Source: Trichormus sp. ATA11-4-KO1
Lineage (GTDB): Bacteria; Cyanobacteriota; Cyanobacteriia; Cyanobacteriales; Nostocaceae
Length of the DNA: 14,474 nt
Reading direction: 5' to 3'
Assembly (NCBI GenBank): GCA_019358915.1
Contig: JAHHIM010000062.1
Span: 1 to 14,474 of the forward strand
A model generated the notes under the pieces. It searched no databases. It was given only the letters and a program-made list of their open reading frames with translations, and had not been told where the DNA came from. The position numbers and the translations under genes are program-made. This document shows, piece by piece, positions 6,949-14,474 of this stretch (within the stretch, counting starts at the first letter, position 1; every line of letters starts with the position of its first letter).

Positions 6949-8763
6949 CTACAAACCTTCTTTAAAAATCTCATCAAATTTGCCTTGGGCTTGCACTCTA
7001 CCTGCTTTCATGACAATAATCTGGTCAGCACGACGCAATACAGCAGGGCGATGAGAAACCACAAGACAGGTTGGTGTCCAATGATTTTGCTCTTGTTCTG
7101 TGCTGTTAACAAAGATCCGTGACCATAAGGCCAATTCTGTCTCCACATCTAGGGCGCTAGAAAGGTCATCAAACACCAGCAATTCCGGTTGACGCACAAA
7201 CATTCGTGCTGCTGCTACCCGTTGTATTTGTCCACCAGAAAGCCGCACACCTTTGGAACCAACTAACGTTTCTAGACTTTCGTTCATAGTTGCCAAATCT
7301 TGCTCAAACACAGCCATGTTTAAAGCTGTAGCGATATCATCATCATTTTTAGATAAACCGAGGAGAATATTTTCTCGCAGGGTATAGCTAAAAAGTTGCG
7401 GAATCTGGGGAGTATAAGCGCTACGAGAAGGAACAAAGAAACTGGCGGGTTTTTCCACAATCTTCCCATTCCAGTAAATTTCCCCTGCTTGCTTGGGTAA
7501 TAATCCTAATAACACCCGTAGCAATGTAGTCTTTCCCGAACCAATTTGACCAGTAATCACAGTCAAACTACCGCGCTGAATTTCAAAGCTGATATCTGTA
7601 ATTCCTTGATGAGTACCAGGATAAATATAAGTTAGATTAGATACTTTCAACGATTGGAGATGATCTCTCTCATTCCTCAAAGGCTGTTCTACTGTTGGTA
7701 AATCTTTCTGGCGACCATTCAGGTCATTCATATAAAGTTGATTGGGGGCTACCAATATATCCGCCGATACGCCAGATAGTAAACCAACCATACGATCAAA
7801 AGATACTTCTGTATGCTTAGATAACGCTATGAAACTGCCAATGGCGGTAAAAAAGCTAGTCACAAAAGAGAGATTATAAACAAATAAAGCAAAGTCACCT
7901 ACTGTTAACTTACCAACCCCACTCTGCATTAATTGAGAAGCCAGCAGCAAAATTATCCCTGTCCCCAGATTTACCATATTTTGAAAGGCAGAATTGAGAA
8001 TAGCGTTAAACAGGCTATCCTTAATCATTGTCTGGCGGCGTTGGTCATTTAAAGTGCGAAAATAATCCAGCACATTTTTTTCGGCACCAGCTACTTTAAT
8101 CGCTTGTACTGAACCAAATATTTCACCTAAAATTCCTGTAACTTGTTCAGTGGCTTTGCGGCTGGCTTTTCTATACTTTTTAATCCGCGTTTCTGCTCGT
8201 TGAATAATTGCTACCATTCCTACTAAGGGCAGAAATACAAACAGCGTCATTTGTACATTGATACTTAATAAAATCACTAGACAAAGAACAGCAAATATTC
8301 CTTGTCCTGAGACTTCAGATATCCATGCAATGTTGTTTTCTACTTGTTCAGTATCATCACGAAAATAGCTAATTATTTCACCTTGAGATACAGTTGTTTC
8401 TGCCTCTTGATTAACAACCATTAACTGTGCTGTGGGATTTTTAAACAGGCGATCTAATAAATTATGTCGTAGTAACGAGCGCATAATAAAACGGTGTTGA
8501 GTTTTGGTAACTCGCCCCGCAAATATAACTGCGATATGTCCTGCATTCAGTGCTAGCAATAATGCAATTAAAGCTAAAGGTGATAATCCCAATTGTGCCT
8601 GGTCTGTCAAACTATTGAAAAATTCCCGGATGATTAACCCAGGTAGGGCAGGCAACCCCATAATTAAAATCCAGTAGATGCTATCAAGGATGTATAGTTT
8701 TGGTTTGTAGCGAATTAGTTGCCATAATAATTCCCAATGTTTACGCTTTTTTGTTGATGTCAT
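6949..8763 (-). CDS. ABC half-transporter (exporter fold), subunit with degenerate Walker B
   Basis: Transmembrane domain plus NBD: Walker A GQIGSGKT, signature LSGGQ, Walker B LLVFDD (Asp replaces the catalytic Glu), H-loop VSH. Confidence 0.95.
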   Translation of the reverse strand: MTSTKKRKHWELLWQLIRYKPKLYILDSIYWILIMGLPALPGLIIREFFNSLTDQAQLGLSPLALIALLLALNAGHIAVIFAGRVTKTQHRFIMRSLLRHNLLDRLFKNPTAQLMVVNQEAETTVSQGEIISYFRDDTEQVENNIAWISEVSGQGIFAVLCLVILLSINVQMTLFVFLPLVGMVAIIQRAETRIKKYRKASRKATEQVTGILGEIFGSVQAIKVAGAEKNVLDYFRTLNDQRRQTMIKDSLFNAILNSAFQNMVNLGTGIILLLASQLMQSGVGKLTVGDFALFVYNLSFVTSFFTAIGSFIALSKHTEVSFDRMVGLLSGVSADILVAPNQLYMNDLNGRQKDLPTVEQPLRNERDHLQSLKVSNLTYIYPGTHQGITDISFEIQRGSLTVITGQIGSGKTTLLRVLLGLLPKQAGEIYWNGKIVEKPASFFVPSRSAYTPQIPQLFSYTLRENILLGLSKNDDDIATALNMAVFEQDLATMNESLETLVGSKGVRLSGGQIQRVAAARMFVRQPELLVFDDLSSALDVETELALWSRIFVNSTEQEQNHWTPTCLVVSHRPAVLRRADQIIVMKAGRVQAQGKFDEIFKEGL

Positions 8764-8765
8764 GA

Positions 8766-8785
8766 TAATTCGTAATTCGTAATTT
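8766..8785 (+). repeat. Short heptamer repeat (TAATTCG)x2-3 between the two ABC genes
   Basis: TAATTCG TAATTCG TAATTT read directly. Confidence 0.7.
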
Positions 8786-8796
8786 TAGGAATGCTT

Positions 8797-10557
8797 TTAT
8801 GTTAATAAATCGGTTAATCCAGTCTGTAGTAACTGGGCAAAACGTGAGTGAGGATTTTTAATTAATTCTGATCGTTGACCATATTCACTAATTTGACCTT
8901 GTTCTAAAATTAAAATTTGATTTGCTCTTTGTACAGTCGTCAAACGATGGGCAATAATAATGCCGGTACGTCCAGTCAATAACTTGTCTATAGCTTTTTC
9001 AATTAGTTTTTCTGTTATGGGGTCGAGGCGAGAGGAGGCTTCGTCTAGAATTACTAAACCAGGGTCTTTGAGAAACACGCGAGTAAATGCGAGTAACTGT
9101 GCTTGTCCCGCAGATAAGCCACTACTATCTGGCCCCAAATTTGTATCTAAGCCTTGGGGTAATGAATGCAACCATGCTGATAATCCCAATATTTCTAAGG
9201 TTTCATATATGCGTTCGTCGCTAATGCTCTGGTTAAAAAAGGTGAGATTATTGCGGACTGTGGTTTGGAATAGTTGTACATCTTGAGTAACTAATCCCAC
9301 TTGTTGAGGTAAATCTGTTAAGGGAGTTTGGTTAATCTGCACACCTCCCAAACGAATTGAGCCTGATTGAGGGTCATATAACCTGAGTAATAACCGTGCT
9401 AGGGAAGACTTACCGCTACCTGTACGCCCCAGTAAACCCAGTAGATGACCAGCAGGTAAATCAAAGGATATATTTTGTAATACGAAATCTTTACTCTCCA
9501 CTTCTTGGTCATTGTAACTAAATGAAACGTTTTCAAAAGTGACGGAGAGTGCGCCGTGAGGAAGTCGCTCTTGACCTCCTTGGCTGAGTTGCGATTTAAC
9601 TTGGAGTAAATCTTGAATGCGATAAATACTGGCTTCGGCTTGTTGGAGTTCTTCAAATTGGTTGCGGATTTGCTCAATTGGTTCGTTGAGTAAGTTGGTG
9701 TAGTAGTATAGTAAATATACTGTACCGATAGTAATAACATTTTGACTCCAAAAGTATGCACCCACACTTAAAGCGATCGCAGTACCTAAAGTAAACAGAC
9801 CAGTAGTTGTCGCCCAAAGAATAGTACTGGCAAAGCGTGCTTTGTGAAAGATGGGCAACCAACCGTGCAAAATTTTGTGGAAGCGGTGCATGACATAGCT
9901 TGTGGCTCCATTAGCTCGCACGTCTTCCATCCCAGCAAGTTGTTCACCCACGAACCCAAAAAAATCAGCACTAATTTGGCGATAAATTTGCCAATGGGGA
10001 ACAGCGATAGAACGCAGGCGAATTAAAGTCGATAATGCTGTCAGAGCAAAAAATGCAATAGCTAAACCTGCGCGCCAATCTTCGGCAAATAGAACTACAA
10101 TCACACCCAACATCAGCAGCAAATTGCCTAAGATATAAACGGTGAATCTGGAGAAGAATTGCGAAAGAGTCTGAACATCACCATCTACTCTCTCCAGCAA
10201 TTCACCGGGTGTAGAGTATTTATGAAAGGATAAATCTAGTCTCAAACAATGCTCAACCAAGTCAGCCCGTAAGGCGTTGGTGGCTCTCCAAGCAACGTTT
10301 TCACCGTAGTAAGTAGCAGCTATTGTGATGGCTTGAGTGATTAAAGCTACACCCATAAATAGTAAGGCTGCCAAGAATAAATTCTGTCCAGAACCACCAG
10401 CTACGGCTGTATCAATGAAATAACGCAGAATTTGCGGGTTGATTAATTGTAGTCCTATGCTGGCGAGGAGGGCGATCGCAAATTTGGCAACTCTGCCTTT
10501 TTGTGGTTTGAGATAATCTACCAATAAATTCCAGTATTGCTGTACTCCAATTTTCAT
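8797..10557 (-). CDS. ABC half-transporter (exporter fold), subunit with canonical Walker B and degenerate signature
   Basis: Transmembrane domain plus NBD: Walker A GRTGSGKS, signature LSAGQ, Walker B VILDE, H-loop IAH. Ends 33 nt before the next ABC gene starts. Confidence 0.95.
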   Translation of the reverse strand: MKIGVQQYWNLLVDYLKPQKGRVAKFAIALLASIGLQLINPQILRYFIDTAVAGGSGQNLFLAALLFMGVALITQAITIAATYYGENVAWRATNALRADLVEHCLRLDLSFHKYSTPGELLERVDGDVQTLSQFFSRFTVYILGNLLLMLGVIVVLFAEDWRAGLAIAFFALTALSTLIRLRSIAVPHWQIYRQISADFFGFVGEQLAGMEDVRANGATSYVMHRFHKILHGWLPIFHKARFASTILWATTTGLFTLGTAIALSVGAYFWSQNVITIGTVYLLYYYTNLLNEPIEQIRNQFEELQQAEASIYRIQDLLQVKSQLSQGGQERLPHGALSVTFENVSFSYNDQEVESKDFVLQNISFDLPAGHLLGLLGRTGSGKSSLARLLLRLYDPQSGSIRLGGVQINQTPLTDLPQQVGLVTQDVQLFQTTVRNNLTFFNQSISDERIYETLEILGLSAWLHSLPQGLDTNLGPDSSGLSAGQAQLLAFTRVFLKDPGLVILDEASSRLDPITEKLIEKAIDKLLTGRTGIIIAHRLTTVQRANQILILEQGQISEYGQRSELIKNPHSRFAQLLQTGLTDLLT

Positions 10558-10570
10558 ATAGTTTTACCTA

Positions 10571-10804
10571 TCACCAAGCCATATTCAGGCGATCACTCTC
10601 AATGTATAAATCATGATAAAATTTTTTATCAATAATCAGTAGATCAATTTCTCGTAACTGCATCCAACGACGATATCCTCTACCGAAATTCTCTAGATAG
10701 TAATTAATACAATCAGCAGTATTAGATGCTTCTGGATACTGTGTGTTGTGGTTAACCTGTTGCCAGATTCGTTGATACTCTGTTTGAGATATGATATTTA
10801 CCAT
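10571..10804 (-). pseudogene. Truncated AraC/PchR-type transcriptional regulator (N-terminal 77 aa only, no HTH domain)
   Basis: MVNIISQTEYQRIWQQ...FGRGYRRWMQLREIDLLIID resembles, from memory, the N-terminus of the roughly 330-aa AraC regulators flanking cyanobacterial TonB receptors. The ORF stops 13 nt before the ABC gene, leaving no room for the DNA-binding domain. Confidence 0.65.
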
Positions 10805-10963
10805 AAATAGGAAATATTCCCATTAATTTCTACTCTATAGACTACCATGAAGAGCGATACTTAGCAGTATGCTTACTGTATTGACAAGAAATTCCTATAC
10901 AGAAAGCTTTTATACTGTTGGATTTGTGTCTAACCAGTTCAGTAAATCCTCAATGGTTATGAA

Positions 10964-11050
10964 GAGTGCTGAGTTAAAAGTGCGGCTCGAATGACTTGTA
11001 CTGAGCCTTGTCGAAGTAGCTTCGCCGAACGTCTGAGTGCTGAGTTAAAA
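10964..11050. repeat. AGTGCTG heptamer tract interrupted by a roughly 50-nt composite small repeat (second copy of 2385-2431)
   Basis: GAGTGCTGAGTTAAAA occurs at 10964-10979 and 11035-11050. Positions 10985-11030 match 2385-2431 with one substitution and one 1-nt indel. Confidence 0.88.
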
Positions 11051-11095
11051 AACCGCATTTTTGTGAGTACTTGTTCCTAGATTACCATCAACTAC

Positions 11096-11473
11096 TTACT
11101 GAGGTACGGGGGGAATTTGAGCAACTCCAGATGATTGCAGAACTTCAGGAAACTGCTTCCAAATTACATTACCATCGTCGCTGTCAAGGTAAAGTTCACT
11201 AAACTCAAGGAGAGCATTAGCACTCTCAACAAGAGATAAGTCAGTAAATAAATAAGTGGATTTATTCGTACCAGATAAGGCAACAACACAGGGATGACTA
11301 CAAACCCACAAGCAACCCACAGCTTGAATTTCTAACTCAGATTTTCTTGACCAATTTTGATGTAAGGCAAGTAGTTTATCTAGTAAAGTAGAACCATCCG
11401 ATTGCTTTTTATCTTGTTTTTGTTCGGAAGTTGCATTACAAGATTTGCAGACAAATAAGATGTGTTTAGTCAT
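11096..11473 (-). CDS. DUF1636-family Cys-rich putative metal/Fe-S-binding protein (copy 2)
   Basis: MTKHILFVCKSC...VGCLWVCSHPCVVALSGTNKSTYLF...AQIPP. Start moved to the ATG at 11473 because the paralog also begins MTKH. Confidence 0.82.
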   Translation of the reverse strand: MTKHILFVCKSCNATSEQKQDKKQSDGSTLLDKLLALHQNWSRKSELEIQAVGCLWVCSHPCVVALSGTNKSTYLFTDLSLVESANALLEFSELYLDSDDGNVIWKQFPEVLQSSGVAQIPPVPQ

Positions 11474-11517
11474 AAATTTTGTTCTTTTGATACTAAATAT
11501 TTGCATAAGTCATCATT

Positions 11518-11586
11518 CGGCAATCCTGTTTCACCCGCCACTGTCACGCGGATAGTATTGGCATCAAAAATGGCTACGTTTACCGC
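11518..11586 (-). pseudogene. Relic fragment of a TonB-dependent receptor N-terminal AMIN domain
   Basis: Minus-strand frame reads AVNVAIFDANTIRVTVAGETGLP, matching my recollection of the DANTIRVTVxGExGLP segment of cyanobacterial TBDT AMIN domains. An in-frame TGA lies immediately upstream. Confidence 0.6.
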
Positions 11587-11611
11587 TCATTTTCTAATTC
11601 ATAATCAAAAC

Positions 11612-11995
11612 TCACGAATTACAAATTACAGAAGGAATCTGGGCAAAAAACTTAGACTGCAATAGTTTAGGTACTTTTTCCCAAATAAATACTCCTTTGT
11701 CATTATTAATGTACAGTTGCATGAGGTCTAATAATGCTGCTGCACTTTCGTCAGGTGGTAAATCAACAATAAGATAGGTAAGTTTTTCTGGGCAGGAAAT
11801 AGCTGCAACACAGCCACGACTACACGCCCATAAACATCCTACAGGTTTAATTTCTAGTTCTGCTGATGAAAATTTTTCATTAGCTAAATTATTTAGTTGC
11901 TCTAATAAACGATTACCATCTCTGTATTGTTTTTCTGGTATTTTTTCAGATGAACAATGGCAAGATTGGCAAATAAATAGGGTGTGTTTAGTCAT
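11612..11995 (-). CDS. DUF1636-family Cys-rich putative metal/Fe-S-binding protein (copy 1)
   Basis: MTKHTLFICQSC...VGCLWACSRGCVAAISCPEKLTYL...AQIPS. Starts 4 nt after the binding-protein stop. Confidence 0.85.
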   Translation of the reverse strand: MTKHTLFICQSCHCSSEKIPEKQYRDGNRLLEQLNNLANEKFSSAELEIKPVGCLWACSRGCVAAISCPEKLTYLIVDLPPDESAAALLDLMQLYINNDKGVFIWEKVPKLLQSKFFAQIPSVICNS

Positions 11996-11999
11996 AACT

Positions 12000-13010
12000 T
12001 TAGGGTGTATTAATTAGGTATTTGAATAAATCATCGAGTACGACATTAGCTGCCACAATTCCTTGTCCATAAATCCAAGCATCAGCGTCTACTAGGTATA
12101 CCCGGCCTTCTTGAACTGCCTTTAATTGCAACCACAAGGGATGATTCAATAGTTTTTCAATCGATGGATCGTTAGATGAATCCTTACCTCCGATAGCCAA
12201 GAAAATTACATCTCCGGCCATTTTGGGAATAAGTTCTAATGAGATATCTTCGTTAACACTATCTTTATTTTGTAGAGGTGGACGTGGTAGGCCAATATCA
12301 TTCAAGATTTGACCACCAAAGGATCGCTTCATGTAATTGCGATAGCCCAGACCTCCCCGAGACATGACTAAAGATACGTGAGTTTTAGATAGCTTCTCAC
12401 CTATTTGCTGGCGAAATTCTTCAATTCGTCTGTTATATTTTTCTATCATTGACTCAGCTTCTCGCTGTTTTCCTAGTGCCTCACCATAAGTTTTTAGCCA
12501 CGCCTTCCAATCGATGCTTTTTCCATCTCCAGCAGCAACTACAGGCGCAATTTGCGAGAGTTGTTTGTAGTTAGATTGCCCCCAATATACATCTAAAATT
12601 AAGTCGGGTTTTAATTTTAAGATACTCTCTATGTTAGGTTGATATATTAAACCGACTGATGTAATATCTTGACTTTGCTCTGCTGGCAAAAAGGTAAGAA
12701 GATTACCACTATGCCAAACGGTAGTGCCAACAGGTTTGATGCCCAATGCTAAAACATTATCTAGGAGATTTAGCGCTAGAACTCTTTGGGGATTAGTAGG
12801 AACGCAAGATTCTCCTAGAATATGCTTAATTACTCGGCAATCAGTAGATGGTGTTCGCTGAAAGTTGGGCGAAGCCCATTGCACATTATCCAAATTTTGG
12901 CTGTTGAAAAAACCATTTTGACAAGCCGTAATTAAGATAACTGTGACAATGAGCAAACCAATGTATTGATGCAGGGAACGTCTCATCTGGTGGCAAACTC
13001 TAGGAAACAT
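12000..13010 (-). CDS. Iron-siderophore ABC transporter substrate-binding lipoprotein (FhuD/FecB-like)
   Basis: Lipobox-like ILITAC; CVPTNPQRVLAL...LALGIKPVG; QPNIESILKLKPDLI; LSQIAPVV; HPLWLQLKAVQEGRVYLVD. The start could be the second Met at 12986. Confidence 0.93.
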   Translation of the reverse strand: MFPRVCHQMRRSLHQYIGLLIVTVILITACQNGFFNSQNLDNVQWASPNFQRTPSTDCRVIKHILGESCVPTNPQRVLALNLLDNVLALGIKPVGTTVWHSGNLLTFLPAEQSQDITSVGLIYQPNIESILKLKPDLILDVYWGQSNYKQLSQIAPVVAAGDGKSIDWKAWLKTYGEALGKQREAESMIEKYNRRIEEFRQQIGEKLSKTHVSLVMSRGGLGYRNYMKRSFGGQILNDIGLPRPPLQNKDSVNEDISLELIPKMAGDVIFLAIGGKDSSNDPSIEKLLNHPLWLQLKAVQEGRVYLVDADAWIYGQGIVAANVVLDDLFKYLINTP

Positions 13011-13025
13011 TGTGAACGTTCTTAA

Positions 13026-14474
13026 TCAGAACTCGATAGAAAATGAACCAATGACAGTGAAAGGTGCGCCAGGATAAATGATGTTCCTGCCTTGAGAAGT
13101 TTCATAATAGGTTACATTGAAAAGATTGCGGAAATTGAGTCCTAATCTCCAGTTATCCCGCTTGTAATAGATAGCGGAATCAGTTCGGAAATAGTTTACC
13201 ATAGTTGATGTATTTTCGTTATCAGCAAAGCGATCGCCTACGTAATAAAGTCCTAATCCCAAGCCTAAACCTTGTAAACTACCTTGTTGAATTTCGTAAG
13301 TTGTCCAAAGACTAGCAGAGTGTTCGGGAACGTTAAAGATGCGATTGCCCACGGTCAACCTATTATCCCTTGAGATAATCGCATCGGTGTACGCATAAGA
13401 TGTAATAATTCTCCAACCTGGAAGAATTTCGCCTGTCATATCCAACTCAATTCCTCGACTTCTCTGTTCCCCTACCTGAATAGAGAAATTAGAATCTTCA
13501 GGATCGGGTGTCAGAACGTTTGATTTAGTAATCTGGAAAGCTGCTAATGTTGCAGAAATTTGTTCTGTGATATCTGCCTTAATCCCAACTTCATACTGCG
13601 TACCTCTTTCAGGCTCAAAGGGAGTATTGGTTCTTGAACGACCAAAGGTAACAGGGAGAAAAGACTGGCTGTAGGTGGCGTAAAGAGAAATCGGTTCTAT
13701 GGGTTGGTAGACGATACCAACACGGGGACTAAAGGCGTTATCGGCTCTGTCGGTAGTTCCGTCATCTTGATACCTAGTAGTGTCAAAACGACCACCAATC
13801 AAAACTTTCAAATTATCTGTGAAAGTGATTTGATCCTGAATATAGATTCCCAGTGCGCTCGTGCGAGAAGGAAAAATAAACTCTAACTCAGGGACGGGAG
13901 GAAGAGGGACATTATAGTTGGGATTAAAAATGTCGAGAGGAGGCGCTGGTTGTGCCGTGCCAACAGCAACGGTTTCAGTAAATCGAGATAGTTCTAGACC
14001 AAACAGCAGTTGATGACCAATTGAACCAGTCTTCAATTTTCCTGTAAGTTCTGTTTGCAGGGTGTAGTTTTCTGAAACAAAGTCAAGATTACTTACGTTG
14101 ATTCGACGAAATCGATTGTCTACAAGTTCAGTCTGGCCAAAGGCCGCAGCGCCTCTTTCTCTTGCAGATGAAATTGAAAATGCATTGCGAAACTCCCAAT
14201 TTTCGCTAAATTGATGTTGAAATCTGTAGCCAGCACGAATAGAACGAATAGTACGGGTATCTCCGTCGAAAGGATAGCCGAGAAAGCGACTAATGGGTAT
14301 GGGTGTGGGTCTGTCACCTGTGGAAGGAAGTCCGCGATCAAAGCGAAAATCATTGTTGAGGTATTCAAAGTCAAAGGTCACCGAAGTGCGATCGCTAATA
14401 TTCCAGGTCACAACAGGCGCAACAAACACACGCTCTGTAAAGTTAAAATCTCGAAAACTCCCAGCATTTTGATA
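13026..14474 (-). CDS. TonB-dependent siderophore receptor, C-terminal beta-barrel part (5'-truncated by the window edge)
   Basis: The frame stays open to the window end (YQNAGSFRDFNFTERVFVAP...). Motifs FSPRVGIVYQP, PERGTQYEVGIK, GEQRSRGIELD, NVPEHSASLWTTY, NLFNVTYY and a C-terminal Phe (SIEF). Confidence 0.96.
   Translation of the reverse strand, partial: YQNAGSFRDFNFTERVFVAPVVTWNISDRTSVTFDFEYLNNDFRFDRGLPSTGDRPTPIPISRFLGYPFDGDTRTIRSIRAGYRFQHQFSENWEFRNAFSISSARERGAAAFGQTELVDNRFRRINVSNLDFVSENYTLQTELTGKLKTGSIGHQLLFGLELSRFTETVAVGTAQPAPPLDIFNPNYNVPLPPVPELEFIFPSRTSALGIYIQDQITFTDNLKVLIGGRFDTTRYQDDGTTDRADNAFSPRVGIVYQPIEPISLYATYSQSFLPVTFGRSRTNTPFEPERGTQYEVGIKADITEQISATLAAFQITKSNVLTPDPEDSNFSIQVGEQRSRGIELDMTGEILPGWRIITSYAYTDAIISRDNRLTVGNRIFNVPEHSASLWTTYEIQQGSLQGLGLGLGLYYVGDRFADNENTSTMVNYFRTDSAIYYKRDNWRLGLNFRNLFNVTYYETSQGRNIIYPGAPFTVIGSFSIEF

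Larger units (their letters stand above)
1376..14395. repeat. HIP1 octamer GCGATCGC, dispersed copies
   Basis: Seen at 1376, 1442, 5838, 6402, 9773, 10472, 13230 and 14388 (manual count; may be incomplete). Confidence 0.9.

Noticed and set aside
8960..10026. Five small ORFs overlapping the 586-aa ABC gene
   Set aside because: Fully nested in a well-supported CDS, with no independent evidence.
11519..11545. CCCGCCACTGT on the + strand resembles the cobalamin riboswitch core, next to DUF1636-like genes
   Set aside because: It is antisense to the flanking genes, the other conserved elements (upstream GGGAA, downstream AGYCAG-AGACC) are absent, and the sequence is better explained as TVAG codons of the AMIN-domain relic.
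11462..11665. 67-aa + strand ORF
   Set aside because: Antisense to both DUF1636-like genes and the AMIN relic; likely a shadow frame.
13704..14374. ORFs 13704-13886 (+) and 14120-14374 (-), and the track's 14429 start for the receptor
   Set aside because: The small ORFs are nested shadows of the receptor gene. The receptor frame stays open to the window edge, so 14429 is an internal GTG.

Overview
AT-rich DNA from a filamentous, Nostoc/Anabaena-like cyanobacterium, judged from at least 8 perfect HIP1 octamers (GCGATCGC) and several heptamer STRR tracts. From left to right: the 3' part and right end of an IS110-family element abutting a heptamer repeat; exoD and a hypothetical membrane gene; a 1.4-kb intergenic region with nested very small repeats, a MITE-like element and a Fur-box-overlapped sigma70-type promoter that has no obvious gene behind it; and a sucrase/ferredoxin-like (2Cys-2His-type 2Fe-2S) gene. 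On the minus strand lies an iron-siderophore uptake cluster: a TonB-dependent receptor (cut by the window edge), a FhuD/FecB-like binding lipoprotein, two tandem Cys-rich DUF1636-like genes, a truncated AraC/PchR-type regulator and three exporter-fold ABC half-transporters. Two of these half-transporters show complementary degenerate ATPase motifs typical of a heterodimer. The most interesting hypotheses are (i) an import-plus-reduction module using an exporter-fold ABC heterodimer and small Fe-S proteins, (ii) an iron-repressed structured RNA or orphan leader at about 3053-3226, and (iii) a roughly 47-bp composite mini-element present twice in different host repeats. All calls come from reading the sequence; no searches were run.
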